Of a DNA stretch of 64,000 nt, positions 1-13,528 are shown in pieces. The stretch is from Chiloscyllium plagiosum (lineage: Eukaryota). Both the position numbers and the translations under genes were made by a program. The first letter of the stretch is position 1. The number at the start of each line of letters is the position of its first letter. The DNA is taken from assembly GCF_004010195.1 (NCBI RefSeq), contig NC_057720.1, positions 24,117,236 through 24,181,235 on the forward strand, written 5' to 3'. The notes below the pieces were generated by a model. It was not told the origin of the DNA and searched no databases. It worked only from the letters and a program-made list of their open reading frames with translations.

Positions 1-999
1 ATATGCTAACAGTATGTCATTTATCTGCAGGACATAAAGGAAAGAAAATCATGTCACAGGATTGCCATGACTCTGTGCTGGGAGACTGCGTATATGTGCT
101 AGCAACTACAGACATGAATAGCACTCCTAGATGAACAGAATGAATTAAATTGCATACTGCAGCAAATAAGCTACCCTAAAGATTGTTGAACTAAGTTCAT
201 ATGCAGAGGTCACTGTTCTGCACTTCCATATATTTTGAGCTATTACATAATTAATAGATTTTTTTCAATCATTTAAAATATTCTTTCACTTCTCTTAAAT
301 GATGAACGTTATACAATTGTTCATGCCCTATTTGCATACTGCTCTTATTTTCCCCCAATGGTTTGAAATTTAGCTTACACAAGTAAGCTTGTGATTTCAA
401 TGAAATGAGTTGTCCCTGTAACTGGTCTAAGGTTTCAATTCATAAACTTCGTAACAAAAGGATAAACATCTGACACTAATTGTTCTATAAAGTTTTTATT
501 TGTTAAAGTGTTTGTAAGAAGACATTAATATGGAATTTAAATATACAAGGATATTGGTTTCTGTAACTGCACCTAATGCACTTCAGAATAAGATGTGTTA
601 TAATGTTTTAGAAAAAGTTTCTTGCAAAAGATGTTTCATTTTCCCTATTACTGCAAAAGCCAAGTATTTGCAAATCCCTGCCAAACAGGGCAGGGACCAA
701 GCAGAGAGGACATGTTGCCAACCCAGTATTGCAAAAGATGCAGTAAAACTCTTCACTACATGTGAGCCGAACGTAAAAATAAAATAAAAATGCTGCAAGT
801 ACTCTAATTTAAAAGCAAAGTTGCTGAAATATTTGACTTCAGAGCAAGAGCAGGAAACGATATTGATATAATCATCAGTGCTCTGGAAAGAAACCTGAGG
901 GAAGGAACCCAAGTTCAGGTGGAACAAAGAGTATTTTACATGTTCAGTGAAAAGTCAGTCGTACTTAGGTATAACATTTCCTGTATAGTGTATAACTCA

Positions 1000-1870
1000 T
1001 TCAATATGATAACATAGCCAGCACATATCCTCTTCCCTGTTTTCACCCTGATTTGCTCTACAACAGCCTCCAACCTGATGAAGGGTTTTTGCCCGAAACG
1101 TAAATTTTCCTATTTCTTGGATGCTGCCTGACCTGCTGTGCTTTTCCAGCGCCACTCTAATCTTGACAACAGTATCCAATGTCCTTTTCCCTTCCCTTTT
1201 CACAGCAGCTTCCTACACAAGCACAGCAGATGCAATACCTTTCACTTGTACCTCCATTTAGTATGCTGGATACACTGCTCATTATACAGTGCACTCCAAC
1301 ATTAGAGAAAGAAAATGCACAATCAAATGGTAACTTTGCAATTTCCCATGAAAATCACATGTAATGCTAACCTGCTGGTTCCCTTTGATTTTAATTCTCT
1401 GCTCCACTCCCACTGTGTCCTCTATCTCCTAAACTCTTCCAATGAAGTTTAAAAAATTGAATTTCATCTTTCAGTTAATCATTTTACAACCTTCTAGATT
1501 CCATGTTGCATTCAAAAACAAGATCATAAGTGTTGCCACCCTTTTCTTCAAAAGATAGCTCTTGGTGATCATCGACTATTCCTGTTTAGGAGACCTGTCT
1601 TTGTTCTACCTGCTTCATTATCACCTCCTCTTTGCTGTGGACTACCACCCTATTTGTCAAACTTGCCAAAGATTTACGCTTGCTCTGTACCAACTTCGCT
1701 TCTTCCCTGTGTTAGTGGTTGTTTAAAAACATCACTTAAGTTTGTAACTTTTTCAAATTCTGACTAGCGGTGATTGACCTGAAACATTAACTCTGTTTCT
1801 GGCTCCACAAGTATTGTCTTGATTCTTAAATATTTCTAGAACTTTCTGTTTTTTTATTTCAATTTTCTAG
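1000..1870 (+). mobile_element. Old Penelope-like remnant containing a younger hammerhead-bearing terminal fragment (1075-1167)
   Basis: ctgatgaagggtttttgcccgaaacgta...gatgctgcctgacctgctgtgcttttccagc matches the Penelope terminus at 55334-55440; degenerate flanks resemble the GIY-YIG remnants at 41990-44020. Confidence 0.55.
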
Positions 1871-2292
1871 TATCTGTAGTATTTTACTTTTGTACTATGG
1901 CCTAAGTGTAACCACAAGAGCACGCTTATGCTTTTGGCATTAAAAATGTGTTTCATTTTACGATCTACATTTAGAAGTTAATTTCTTGAACCACCACAGT
2001 AGGAACACTCAATTATGCAATTAGCGAGGGAGTTCCAGGATTTTGACCCAGCAACACCAGAGGAACAATGATATATTCCCAAGTGAATGATGACTGGCTT
2101 AGATGGGAAGGTGCAGATTGTGTTCCCAATGTCTGTGGCCCTTGTCCTTCTGGATAGAAATTGTTGTGTGTCTGGAAGGTGCTGTCAGTGAAGCCATGGT
2201 GAATTTCTGCAGTATATTTGGAGATGGTACACACTGTTGCTACTGAATGTTGGTAGTGGATGTTTGTGGATTTGGTGTCAATCAAGCAGGCT

Positions 2293-2604
2293 TTAGATTA
2301 GATTACTTACAGTGTGGAAACAGGCCCTTCGGCCCAACAAGTCCACACCGACCCGCTGAAGCGCAACCCACCCATACCCCTACATCTACCCCTTACCTAA
2401 CACTACTGGCAATTTAGCATGACCAATTCACCTGACCTGCACATCTTTGGACTGTGGGAGGAAACCGGAGCACCCGGAGGAAACCCACGCAGACACGGGG
2501 AGAACGTGCAAACTCCACACAGTCAGTCACCTGAAGCGGGAATTGAACCCGGGTATCTGGCGCTGTGAGGCAGCAATGCTAACCACTGTGCCACCGTGCC
2601 GCCC
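2293..2604 (-). mobile_element. HE1-type tRNA-derived V-SINE
   Basis: Head gggcggcacggtggcacagtggttagc (A box), gggttcaattcc (B box), V-domain gtggagtttgcacgttctcccc, CR1-like tail ending (taatc)n; TSD agcaggct at 2285-2292 and 2611-2618. Confidence 0.9.
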
Positions 2605-4263
2605 ACAAACAGCAGGCTGTTTAGTCCCGGATGATGTTGAGCCTCTTGAATGTTGTTGGAGCTGCATTCATCCAAACAAGTGGGGAATATTCCATCACAC
2701 TCCTGACTTGTACCTTGCAGATGGTGGACAGGTTTTAGGAAGATCGGAGGTGAATTACACTCTGCAGGATTCCTAGCCTTTAACATTCTCTTGTAGCCAC
2801 AGTAATTATATGACTGGAAAATGATAACCCCAGGATGTTAATAGCAGGGGAATTCAGTGATGGTTATTGGAAAATGATAACCCCATGAGATGTCAAAAAG
2901 TGACGATTATATTCTCTCTTGTTGGAGATGGTCATTGCTTGGCACTTGTATGACATGAATGTTACTTGCTACTTGTCAGCTCAAGTGGATATTGTCCAGA
3001 CCTCATTGCATTTTGGACATGTGCTACTTCAATGTCTGAAGAACTGTGAATTGTGCTGAACATCATGCAATCATTCGTGAACATCCTCACTTCTGACCTA
3101 CTGGAGTGCAAGTTATTAACAAAGCAGCTGAAGACAGTCACCATGCTGATGAACTCATGCAGAGATGTCCTGGAGCTGACATGACTCACCTTTAACAACT
3201 ACAAACATATTTCTTTGTGTCAGATATGAATCCAATAAGCAGAGAGTTTTCCCCCGATTCTTGTTGTCTTTCATACTGCTAACGGTATTTGTTGTCACAT
3301 TCAGTCAAATGTGGCTTTGATGTCAAGGTCGATCAATTTTACCTCACCTTTGGAATTCAGCTGTCTTGTTCATGATTAAACCATGGTTGTAATGAGGCCA
3401 AGGGTTGAATGGTCCTGGTGGAAACCAAACTGAATATCAAGGAGCAAATTCTTGCTAAGCAAGTGCTGCATGATGACCCTTTCCAATACTTTACTGACTG
3501 AGGATAGACTAATCGGATGGTAAATGGCCAAGTTTATTTGTTCTGGTTTGGTGTACAGATCATACCTAGACTATTTTCTACGTTGCCATGTAGATGCCAG
3601 TGTTTAGCTAAAATAAAGCAGCTTGACTAAGGGCACAGCAAGTTTTGGAACACAACTGATCAATACTGTTGCTAGAATGTCATCAGGGCCTTTGTATCAT
3701 TCTGTGCCTTTGCCATTTCATGTGGAGCGAATCAAATTGGCTGAAAACTGGCATCTCTGAAGGAGGCTGTGATGGTTCATCGTCTCATTGCTTCAGGCGG
3801 AAGATTGTTGCAAATGCTTCAGACTTAAATTTTGCCCTAATGTATGGGCTCCTTTATTTTATTTTCCTCCACCATTCACAACTGGATGCAGCAGGACAGC
3901 GGAGTTTAGTCTCTCTGTTGGTGATAGAATTGCTTAGCCCTGTCTCTCACTTGTAATCAAAGCTGTTTGGTGTGCAATTAGTTCTGTGTTATAGCTTCAC
4001 CAGGTTGACAAATCACTTTTAGGTAGTCTGATGCAGCAGGCATGCTGTTCTGCACTCTCCGTTCAACCAGGATTGATCTACTGGCTTGATGTAATGTTGG
4101 AATGGGGGATGTACTGAATCATAATATTGCAGATATTGTTTGAATAGATTTCTGCTATTGCTGATGGTCTACAGTGCATCATGGATACCAGTCTTGAGTT
4201 GCTAGATCTGTTTGAAGTCTGTACCACTTAACACGTTAATCGTGGCACACAATCTGAAGGAGT

Positions 4264-4941
4264 CATGATTTGGAGATGCCGGTGTTGGACTGGGGTGTAC
4301 AAAGTTAAAAATCACACAACACCAGGTTATAGTCCAGCAGGTAGTGAAACTATCACTGTACTCTATGTGTATATCACAAAACCCTCTTTTTAAAGTTGCA
4401 TTCTCGGGTTAGCTGTTAACAATGGTGATAGCTAGACAATATGTTGAAGGTGTTGGCCCCCTGTGTTCTCTGTCTATGCCATGATATTTAGATTGATTCT
4501 AATCTAAAAAGTGAGATAAGAGTTTTACATAAATTCATGCAGTTTTTGAGCTCAGAGTTCGACATGAATGCATGCAGCTTTTGAGCAAAGTACAATGTAA
4601 CTTTACAAGTACAAAATCACCCCACAAAATATATGTGTGCATGTGGGTCTTTGTCTGTGTGTGTGTGTCTGTCTGGGGTGGAGGTTGTGAGTGTGAGAAA
4701 GTGTGTGTGTGTGTGTAGTGAGTGCAGAGTGTCTTAAGTCTGTGAGGGGTGCATGTGTGAGTGTGGGGAGTGTGTGTGTCTATAAGGGTGTGTGTGGGTG
4801 TCTGTGTGCGCGTCTGTGTATACCTGTGTCCGTGTCTATGTGAGAATGTATGTGTGTAGGAACATCTGTGTGTGTGTGTGTAGTGCAATGGTGATCACCT
4901 GTAATGTGACATGAACCCAAGATCCCGGCTGAGGCCCTCCC
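4264..4941 (-). mobile_element. Penelope-like 3' fragment with (CA)n-rich UTR
   Basis: Minus strand encodes EGLSRDLGFMSHYR* (GIY-YIG C-terminus), then degenerate (CA)n at 4630-4885 and a terminal segment also seen at 23654-23775. Confidence 0.75.
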
Positions 4942-6419
4942 TATAGCAGCAATATCCTTCAGTACTCAACGAGCTGGTCAGTAGTGGTGCTGCTGGCCTC
5001 TATTGGTGATGGACATTGAATACACAGAATACATTCTGCATCCTTGCCATCCTTACTCCTTCCTCCAAATGCATTCAACATGGAGAAGGGGCAGGAGCTT
5101 TCCTTGCCCATAATGGATCTGGTGCCAAGAAACTTCATGGGGTCTGGAATCAATTTTGATGATCCCCATGACAATTCCCTGCTGACTATATACTGTCATG
5201 CTGCCACCTCTGCTAGATGCCAGTGGGACAAGATCAGGGTTTGGGCTGGTGTTGTCTCAGATACAGTGTGTATGGTAGATTCTGAGAGTATGATTATGTC
5301 AGGTTATTCCGAGATAAGACTGTGAAACAGCTCTTGCAATTTTGATACTAGCCGCAGAGTTTGGTAAGAAAAACTTTGTGGCGTTGAAAGGACAGATTTT
5401 TGCCATTGTAGCTTCTATGCCTAGTCGACGCCAAGTCATCTGTCCAGTTTTTTTTGTATTTCTTGAGACTTATTGGTGGTTTGAATGGCATTCTAGGCTA
5501 TTTCAGAAGGCAGTTAAGAGTCAACGACATTGCTGTATGTCTAGTCATATGTAGGCCGAACCAAGTTAGGAAGTTTGCCTTCTATAAAGAGCTTTAGTGA
5601 ACCCGATGTGTTTTTAAGATCATGTTTTCAAGGTCATCTTTAAATTCCAGATTTTTCATTGATTTCAAATCCCATAATCTGCCATGGTGAGATTCAAAGC
5701 TAGCTCCCCAGAACATTAGCTGCATCTCTAGTCACCAAGTGACAAAACCACTGCACCCATCCCTTTTCCCAATATAGTTTATATAGTATCGCCTGAGAGT
5801 ATAGTCTAACTAAATGCATGGGGACCATTCTAACATAATGAGAGTTCCTTTTCCTCTGCGTGAATCTTGAAAGTATTGTAATTCAAAAGGCAATTCTTAT
5901 AGCCCATATCTTTGTCCTTTGCAAAAATAGAATTTGTATGATAAAACACCAAAATAACATGTTTAACTTTTCTGTATGCCAGCACTCAATAGCGCAAGAG
6001 TGCTTTAACAGAAGTAACTTTGCACAGTATCGCTTTTGTCAAAATATCTAGAAAAGATAAATTAATGCATTCTGGTTCAAAAGCAAATTTCTGTTCTTCA
6101 AATCCAACATTTGACATTAGCATTACTGCTAGTGCTGGTGGGGAGATGAAGAGTTCTTATTTGATAATAATAAATGTCATTACGCTGATAAAATGAGTGC
6201 TGATAAAGAGAAAGGAGTTCTGATTTGAACATGTGCTAATAAAGAAGAACCTAAGTTGAAGACACATCTTACCAATTGTTTTCTTCAATTATTCTACATG
6301 CCAAGAAACAATTTCTCAAATTAAGCACATAAGTAGCAAAGAATGAAACAGCCCTTCATCAAAATAATGCAAAACTCCTGTATAAGGTCTCTCATATCTT
6401 GGTGGTTGGCTAACACAGA

Positions 6420-8570
6420 TCTTTTTATATTAATTCTCTTCCGGGATATGGGTATTGCTGGCTGGGTTAGCATTTATTGCCGATCTCTAGTTGACTTTGA
6501 GAAGGAGATACTGAGCTACTTTCTTGAACTGCTGTAGACTATTTAGAGTAAGTACACCCAAATGCCCTTTGGGAGGGAGATCCAAGATTTTGACCCAGCA
6601 ACACCGAAGGAATTCCATATACTTGGATGGTAATGTGGAGGCAGTAGTGTTCCCATGTATCTGCTGTCCTTTTCCTTCTTGATGCTAATGCTCCTGGTTT
6701 GCATGTGCTGTCGAAGGAGCCTTGGTGAATTTCTGCAGTACATCTTATAGACAGTATTTACTATTATGACAGAGCATCAGTGATAGAGGGAATCAATACT
6801 GTGGATATGGTGCCAATCAAGCAGGCTGCTTTGTCCTGGATAATGTCACATTTCCTGAGTGTTTTTGGACTTGCACTTATAGAATCCCTACACTGTGGAA
6901 GCAGGCCATTCAAAAACCTTGAGTCAACACTGACTCTCCAAAGAGCATCTCACCCCCATTCCCCATCCTTGTAACCCTGCATTTCCCATGGTTGATTCAC
7001 CTAGCCTGCTCATCCCTGGACAATATGGGAAATTTAGCATGGCCAAACCATTTAACCCTCACATCTTTGGACAGTGGGACAAAACCAGAGGAAACACACA
7101 CAGAAGGGGGGAGAATGTGCAAACTCTACACAGAGAGTCATTCAAGGTTGGAATCGAACTTGGGTGCCTGGCGCTGTGAGGCAGCAGTGCTAACAACTGA
7201 GCCACCATGCTGCCCCTCATCCACATAAGTGGGGAGTAATCCACTACACTCCTGACCTATGCCTTGTAGATGGTGGACAGTGTTTGGGGAGTCAGGAGGT
7301 GAATTACTTGCTGCAAGATTCCTAGCTTCTGACCTGTTCTTGTAGCCACAATCCAGTTCAGTTTCTGGTCAATGGTAACCCCAGAATGTTGATAGTGGGC
7401 AATTAGTGATATTGAGGCCATTGAATATCAAGGGGTGATGGTTAGATTCTCTCTTGTTGGAGGTCATTGTGTTGCATTTGTTCAGTATGAATGTTACTTA
7501 CCACAGGGCAGTCCAAGCCTGGATATTGTCCAGGTCATGTTGCATTTGGGTATGGACCACTTCAGTACCTGAGGAGCCATGAATGATTGCGAACATTGAG
7601 CTAACATGAGCAAATGTCCCCGTTTCTGATCTCATGATGGTGGGAAGTTTATTATGAAGCAACTGAAGTTAGTTCAGCCTAGGACACTACCCTGAGGGAC
7701 TTGTGCAGAGAAATCCTGGAGCTGAGATGCCTGACCTCCAACCACCACAACCCCATATTCTTTTGTGCTAGGTATGACTCCAACCAACAGAGTTTTACAT
7801 CTGATTCCCATTGACTCCAGTTTTAGCTTCTTGATGCCACACTCAGTCAAATACAGCTGTGATGTTAAGGGCAGTGACTCTCAGCTCTCCTCTGGAATTC
7901 AGCTCTTTTATCTGTTTGTTCCAAGGATTGAGTAAGGTCGGGAGCTGAGTGGCCCTGACAGAACGCAAACTGAGTGTCACCGAGCAGGTTATTACTCCTT
8001 GAAGGTTGCTTGATAGTACTTTTTACACCTTGAAGGCACTTGTTAACACCTTCCATCACCTTTACTGATGATCAAAAGTAGGCTCAAGAAACAGTAAATG
8101 CCTGGGTTGGATTTATCCTGCTTTTTGTGCACAGTACATAATTTTCTGTACAGTAAGGTTATAGCCAATGTTATAGCTGTACTGGAAGAGCTTGACTAGA
8201 AGCATAGCAGTTTCGAGAGCACAAGTCTTCAGTACTATTGTTGATATGTTGTCAGGGCCCATAGCCTTAGCAATATCCAGTGCTTTGAACTATTTCTTAA
8301 TATCATATAAAGTGAATCTAATTGAGTGAAGTCTGCCATCTATGATGCTGGGGACCGCTAGAGTTGGCTGAGATATATCATATATTCAGCACTTCTGGCT
8401 GAAATGTGTTTTGAATACTTCAGCCTTATTATTTGTACAGATGTGCTGTTCTTCCCCATTTTTAAGGAAGGAAATGTTTGTGGAGCTTCCTCCTCCAGTG
8501 AGTTGTCTAATTGTCCCTCACCATTCACAAATGGATGTTGCAGGACTGCAGAGCTTAGAGGTAATCTTTT
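6420..8570 (-). mobile_element. Family B LINE 3' portion (RT), interrupted by a SINE
   Basis: Colinear similarity to 1990-3900 and 53700-56240; RT remnant (NNLLGDTQFAFCQGHSAPDL). Confidence 0.8.
6879..7215 (-). mobile_element. HE1-type V-SINE (older copy)
   Basis: Head gggcagcatggtggctcagttgttagcactgctgcctcacagcgcc; V-domain; tail ..gggattcta. Confidence 0.85.
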
Positions 8571-8599
8571 GGTTCTTTTGGTACTTCACACCAGCTTCA

Positions 8600-9045
8600 A
8601 TGGTGAAAGACACCGGCAGCATATCAGAACTTCAAGAGAGTCAGAGGGTAGAGGGGAGTGCAGTGGAGAAGGTGCTGGTTAAGCTGAAAGGTCTGAGGTG
8701 AATAAATTACCCAGACCAGATGGACTACACGCCAGAGTTCTGAAGGAGATAGCTGGTGAGATTGTGGAGGCATTGGTGGTGATCTTTCAGGCATCACTGA
8801 AGTCAGGGAAGGTCCCAGAGGACTGGCAAATGGCTAAGAGCAGGGTGGGGAAAGGCAAAAGACTGGAAACTATAGGCCAGTTATGCTGATCTCAGTCATT
8901 GGTAAGACTGTGATTGTGGAGCTGCTAACTGGTGGTATTCCGCAGGGGTCAGTATTAGGACCACAACTATTCTCGTTATACATTAACAATCTGGGAAGAA
9001 GGAACTGGAGGCATTGTTACAAAGTTACAGATAACACAAAGACAC
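8600..9045 (+). mobile_element. CR1 LINE RT fragments
   Basis: PRPDGLHARVLKEIAGEIVEALVVIFQASLKSGKVPEDWQMA; GIPQGSVLGPQLFSLYINNL. Confidence 0.85.
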
Positions 9046-11394
9046 TCTACCCTGCCCATAGGATGATGGGGATGGGGGCACCTGTATCATCCCTTATGTC
9101 CAGTTACAAGGTATTAGTGGCTAGTACCTTGTAAGAATCATTCACTCTCCTTCCCTCCAGAGGTCCAAGCAGGCTGTCCAGCCAGGCATCTCCCTGCCCT
9201 GGCCCTGAACTCATGCTATCTTCAAAACTGAGGCTAGGTGGTAAATTACCATCAAGTAGCGAACAAATTGCCAGAATTGAGACAAGGCAAACAAGCTTCT
9301 CTGCAGCCCCCATCTGAAAATCCTATGTCGGGAATCTGTAAAACTCTACTTGTGCTTGAGAGAGTGGTGTATGTAGGAAATTTACACTTGGGAAGTCACT
9401 AAGCATGAGCAATGAATAGCTGAATGCTGCTATCGTGGCTGAATATACTAACACTTAAAAGGGGTTTGCAGAATCTCTCCACAATCCAGGAATCCGTGCC
9501 CCGGCAGATCAAAGGCATGTTGGAGACCCCACTCTGAAGGAGTGGCAGTGGCATTGTCGGCCATCAACCTGCCCTGCTCTTTCTCAGGTAGACTGTGTTT
9601 CTGCTCCCCTTACAGTCACTTCTCCAGGGCCTTTGCGGTTGTCCTTTCAATCAGCACAGTATGCAGCTGCTCCTGTAAAGATCATGCATTGACAAAGTAG
9701 CCCTTCAATGATCAGAGGCGGTCTGAGGATGTCCTGCAATACCATTTGCAGCCTCTTCACTGAATGTCAGCAACCTTTTAAATATACTGTAGCCACTGCG
9801 TGCAATACTGCATGCAAATCAGCAAGTGCGAAATCAAGAGTGCCACAGGGGATGCTAGCATCTTGGTAAAACCACAGGCATGCTCTGCCTGCTCAAGTCT
9901 CTTCACATCCACTGTGAAAGTCACCCCTGGTGTGCAACAGTAGATGACAAACTGTAAGTTACTGAAAATGTTCCCTGCTCTAGTTTGGGAGACCAATGCA
10001 AAGACCACTGTCACTTTCATAGCCACTGACAATGTTGGCCTCGCTCTGGGTTTGCAGTCCTTATAAGGCCTGGCAGAGTTCAGTGAACAGTTTTGAAGTG
10101 AAGACATTGCACGCACCCTACTTGGCACAGATTGAACAACTTGGGGTAATATGACCTGCAGGGAGCCCCTCTCCCTCCTTGAGCAGTCTCTGTTCTTTCG
10201 CCCTGATAAGCTAAGGTGTTACAAACTACAGAGACTATAGCTGGGAGCAAACGAGTCAAATCGATCTGCGTCAAACTCTTGAAATGAGAATAAAGGACCT
10301 TCAATATGTGACACATCACTCCCCAATTTGTAATTAACAGTACAAACTACCAGAAAACTATTGGTAGCTTTTACCCCTATATATAGTACTGGTGAGGGAT
10401 TCTATCATCTGTTGACCATGTTCAACTGGGTGAGATTAGGAGATGGTGTTATCTGGAATGCTGAGATTGGAAGTCTGCACTACTGGCTACTGCCTCCAGC
10501 ACAAGCTCCCAGTGTCCATGATAGCAGTGGATCGAGATGTACAGAAAGTCCTTACCATTTTCAGGCGAAATGTTTCATGAAAATCCAATGGATGGTGGAA
10601 GAACAACAAATAGGAATTTATTTCCCATAAGAATTAATGAATGATTTTCGGCAACAAACTGAAATAGCAATATGAGTAAGAAACAACTGAACAAATACTA
10701 AAAATTATTTCCACTGAAAACAACTAATAAGGGCAATCATTAGATCAAGCATAGCACTATTGCCATATTGGACCCACAGAAGCACTGGCCATTATACTTT
10801 ATGGACTTGCACAGCAAAATATTACTCTTGAACTAAAGCAAAATATTGCTCGAAATCTGAAATAAAAACAAAACAACCAGAAAATACTCAATGTGAGTCA
10901 GCACCAGTGGAATCAAGTCGTCTCAACCAGAAATATGAACTCTCTTTCTTGACAGAGTCAGTACTCTCAGAATTTGAGTTAAAGCACACAAATTTCAACT
11001 TTAATTAGCTTTTACTTCTGAAATTATTTACAGTTCCAACCAATAGCATTTCCTTGAAATGCAATATTTTTGAATCAAAATAAAACGCACAACAGAATTG
11101 CTATAACTCATGAGCAAATAGCAGTAAACCACTTTGTTTAGAAATTTATCACAGTATGAATGTAATTAATTATTATTTGCACATTAATATTCACTGAAGC
11201 TAGCCATTAATTTATCTGATCAAATAATAAGATAACTCAATTAGAGTATTAAATCTGCAATTTAATGGAGAAAGGTTCACAGAAAAATACAACATAGGAA
11301 CAGGCCCTTTAGCCCACCAAGCCTGTGCTGACACATTTTATGAAAATGTATGAAAATGCATGAAAATGGGACATTTGTTAATTTAAGAACATAG

Positions 11395-11501
11395 TTTATT
11401 GAGGTAATTTAATAGTTTTCATTTTATTAACACCACTTTCCATTTATACATTCACTCAGAAATATGTTTATAGACTACATTATAACAAAATCTGTTTTAT
11501 T
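11395..11501 (-). terminator. Candidate FRRS1 polyadenylation signals
   Basis: Three minus-strand AATAAA hexamers (11496-11501, 11423-11428, 11395-11400), 340-440 nt after the stop, in an AU-rich 3' UTR. Confidence 0.55.
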
Positions 11502-11839
11502 AAAAGTAGATAAAATAATCTAACCACAAAGGTAATCCATCTTTTAAAACACTAAAACTACTATTTAAAAGCAGATGAGTGCTGCTTGCTATTTTCGCAA
11601 GATGATTGCCTTTCTAGTCCATTGACTTGTTGAACTGTTAGTCTCAATGCAATTTACTTTTGTGCTATTGTAGAGTGACAGTAAATGAGAACAATAAGGA
11701 TTTTGCATTCTGTTGCGGATTATGAAGCATTTGAATTTTCTGAGGAATCTTTAATTCAATGCACAACAAGATGTTCAGTCAAGAGCAGATATATATAGCT
11801 TCAAAGTCATGATTGATAGAGATAGCATCAATGTCACCA

Positions 11840-11932
11840 TCAGACGAAACTAATTGCAACCAGCAATATTGTCAGAAAGGTCAGGTTTCCACAGATGTAG
11901 AGTGTTAATACCATAATTTTAAATCTGTGACC
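11840..11932 (-). CDS. FRRS1: FRRS1 last coding exon (C-terminal TM helix, stop)
   Basis: ttccag|GHRFKIMVLTLYICGNLTFLTILLVAISFV-TGA; 93 nt; summed CDS 1785 nt = 594 aa + stop. Confidence 0.95.
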   Translation of the reverse strand, partial: GHRFKIMVLTLYICGNLTFLTILLVAISFV

Positions 11933-12090
11933 CTGGAATTGTAGAATTGAAAAGTGAATGTAAGTTGAGTTTATATTTCTGCTGTATTTCTGTATTTACA
12001 ATTGACATGAAAATAATTGACATCTTTATTTACTTCTGATGTTGTCAGTAAAATAAAACCCTTTAAAAAAAAATGAGTAAAATCGTATAC

Positions 12091-12152
12091 CTGTGGGTCA
12101 ATCAATTCACTTGAATCCATAATTTGCATTTTATCCTCTTTCCTTTTCTGCG
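12091..12152 (-). CDS. FRRS1: FRRS1 coding exon 14
   Basis: ttatag|AQKRKEDKMQIMDSSELIDPQ|gtatac; 62 nt; bridges phase 1 to phase 0 as required by the flanking exons. Confidence 0.88.
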
Positions 12153-13384
12153 CTATAAAAGGTTGGAATCAAAATTGTTATTTGGTGCAATTGAGAAATA
12201 TTTTTAAATTAAAATTATGAATGGATATACTAAACGTTCAGTCGTGTGGCACAAAAGATTTCATGCCCTTACCCAAAGTGAGATAATACAATTAAACCAC
12301 AGTTACCACAGTAATGAACTGTTGCTGGTAAATGATAACATAATAAGAAAATGTTCCTCTTGAGCTTTCCTCAGTACAATGTTTATTCTGCTGCAAATGA
12401 GTTATGAGAATTAACACTTCATTATATTCTTTGTCCAAATTCTCATTATGTACATCTGATATATGAAGCCTTCTGTGAAGCTTTATATAGGAGCACTGAA
12501 AATCAAATTTGCTTTGGGATGGGGATGAAACCAAGCATTGCAGGGAAGTTACTGTAAGTTTGCGGTAAGTGTTATATTTATTGTTCAGTTTTGATCTAAG
12601 CAAGCTGAAAACCTTCCATTAACACAAAATATCACCACTAAACAATGTTTTCAGATAGGTATGTCCCACCTGGAAAATTTGGAAGGATAAATTTTTGTTC
12701 AGTTTGGAGTGAAACATTTCAGAAGCAACTTTATTTGGTATATAAGATAGTAAATGGTGAAGCTACAATGTGGGACCAAATGTATGATAAAGAGCGAAAG
12801 CAGCCTGCTTTAAACAGAGTATAGTGATTCCACAATCAACCCACCAGAACAAGACTCTGCTATATCCAGTCATGAATGGTGTTGACTATTAATCTGTACA
12901 TCACCACCTTCTCAAGATAATCAGAGATGGTCAACAAATACTGGTCTTTCCATAAACCTTACAATTTATGGGAAAACAAGGGATAAATAGTGACAGGAGA
13001 AAGTGAGAACTGCAGATGCTGGAGCTCCGAGTTGAGCGTGTAATGTTGGAAAACACAGCAGGTCCGGCAGCATCCGAAGAGCAATAGTTACAGTAGAGTA
13101 ATGGTTACTGTTCAAAACAATGAAGTGTATCTTAAGGATAGATGCCAGGAATTACTTCATGCAGATAGTGATCAACACATCTTTAGTTTTATCCATTTGT
13201 GATGAGCCTTTAGCATTGGCCATTTGACAAGATTCCAAATTTTTCCAATTATTCAATGGTTGTCAATATTCTTCAACGCTGCTTTAAAAATTTGGGCATT
13301 TTCAATCACAGCTATCTCCCTCTTCTTCATAGGAAATTAAGGAACCATAGAAAGGAGTTGTAACAAATAGAAAGAATTACTGAC

Positions 13385-13528
13385 CTTTACAAGCAATTAT
13401 GTAATTATGTGCCTCTAAAATCAGTTCAGTTACAACGTGCCAAACTATGAATCCAACCATGACTAATGTATCCCAGGGGTTATAGAGGTCCAAGGCTGGC
13501 AAATCCATTCCAAGAAAGATTGATGCAA
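13385..13528 (-). CDS. FRRS1: FRRS1 coding exon 13
   Basis: gcacag|VASIFLGMDLPALDLYNPWDTLVMVGFIVWHVVTELILEAHNYIIACK|gtcagt; 144 nt. Confidence 0.96.

Larger units (their letters stand above)
1990..5765 (-). mobile_element. Degenerate end-to-end APE-RT LINE ('family B', RTE/RTEX/CR1-group, clade unresolved), interrupted by a SINE and a Penelope fragment
   Basis: Endonuclease remnants (PDIIILSES-like ~5280-5310, FNVHHQ ~5000-5025), RT remnants (VRMFTNDCMMFSTIH), and 3' region shared with other copies in the window. Confidence 0.75.

Noticed and set aside
2447..2786. ORFs and tRNA-like sequence (also at 7059, 18580, 54226)
   Set aside because: SINE-derived; the heads are tRNA-related but not complete tRNA genes
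4535..4888. His/Thr-rich 117-aa ORF
   Set aside because: Translation of a degenerate (CA)n tract in a Penelope UTR
11180..11210. Iron-responsive element candidate (CAGUGA on the minus strand) downstream of FRRS1
   Set aside because: No 5-bp upper stem or C bulge, and it lies beyond the candidate poly(A) signals
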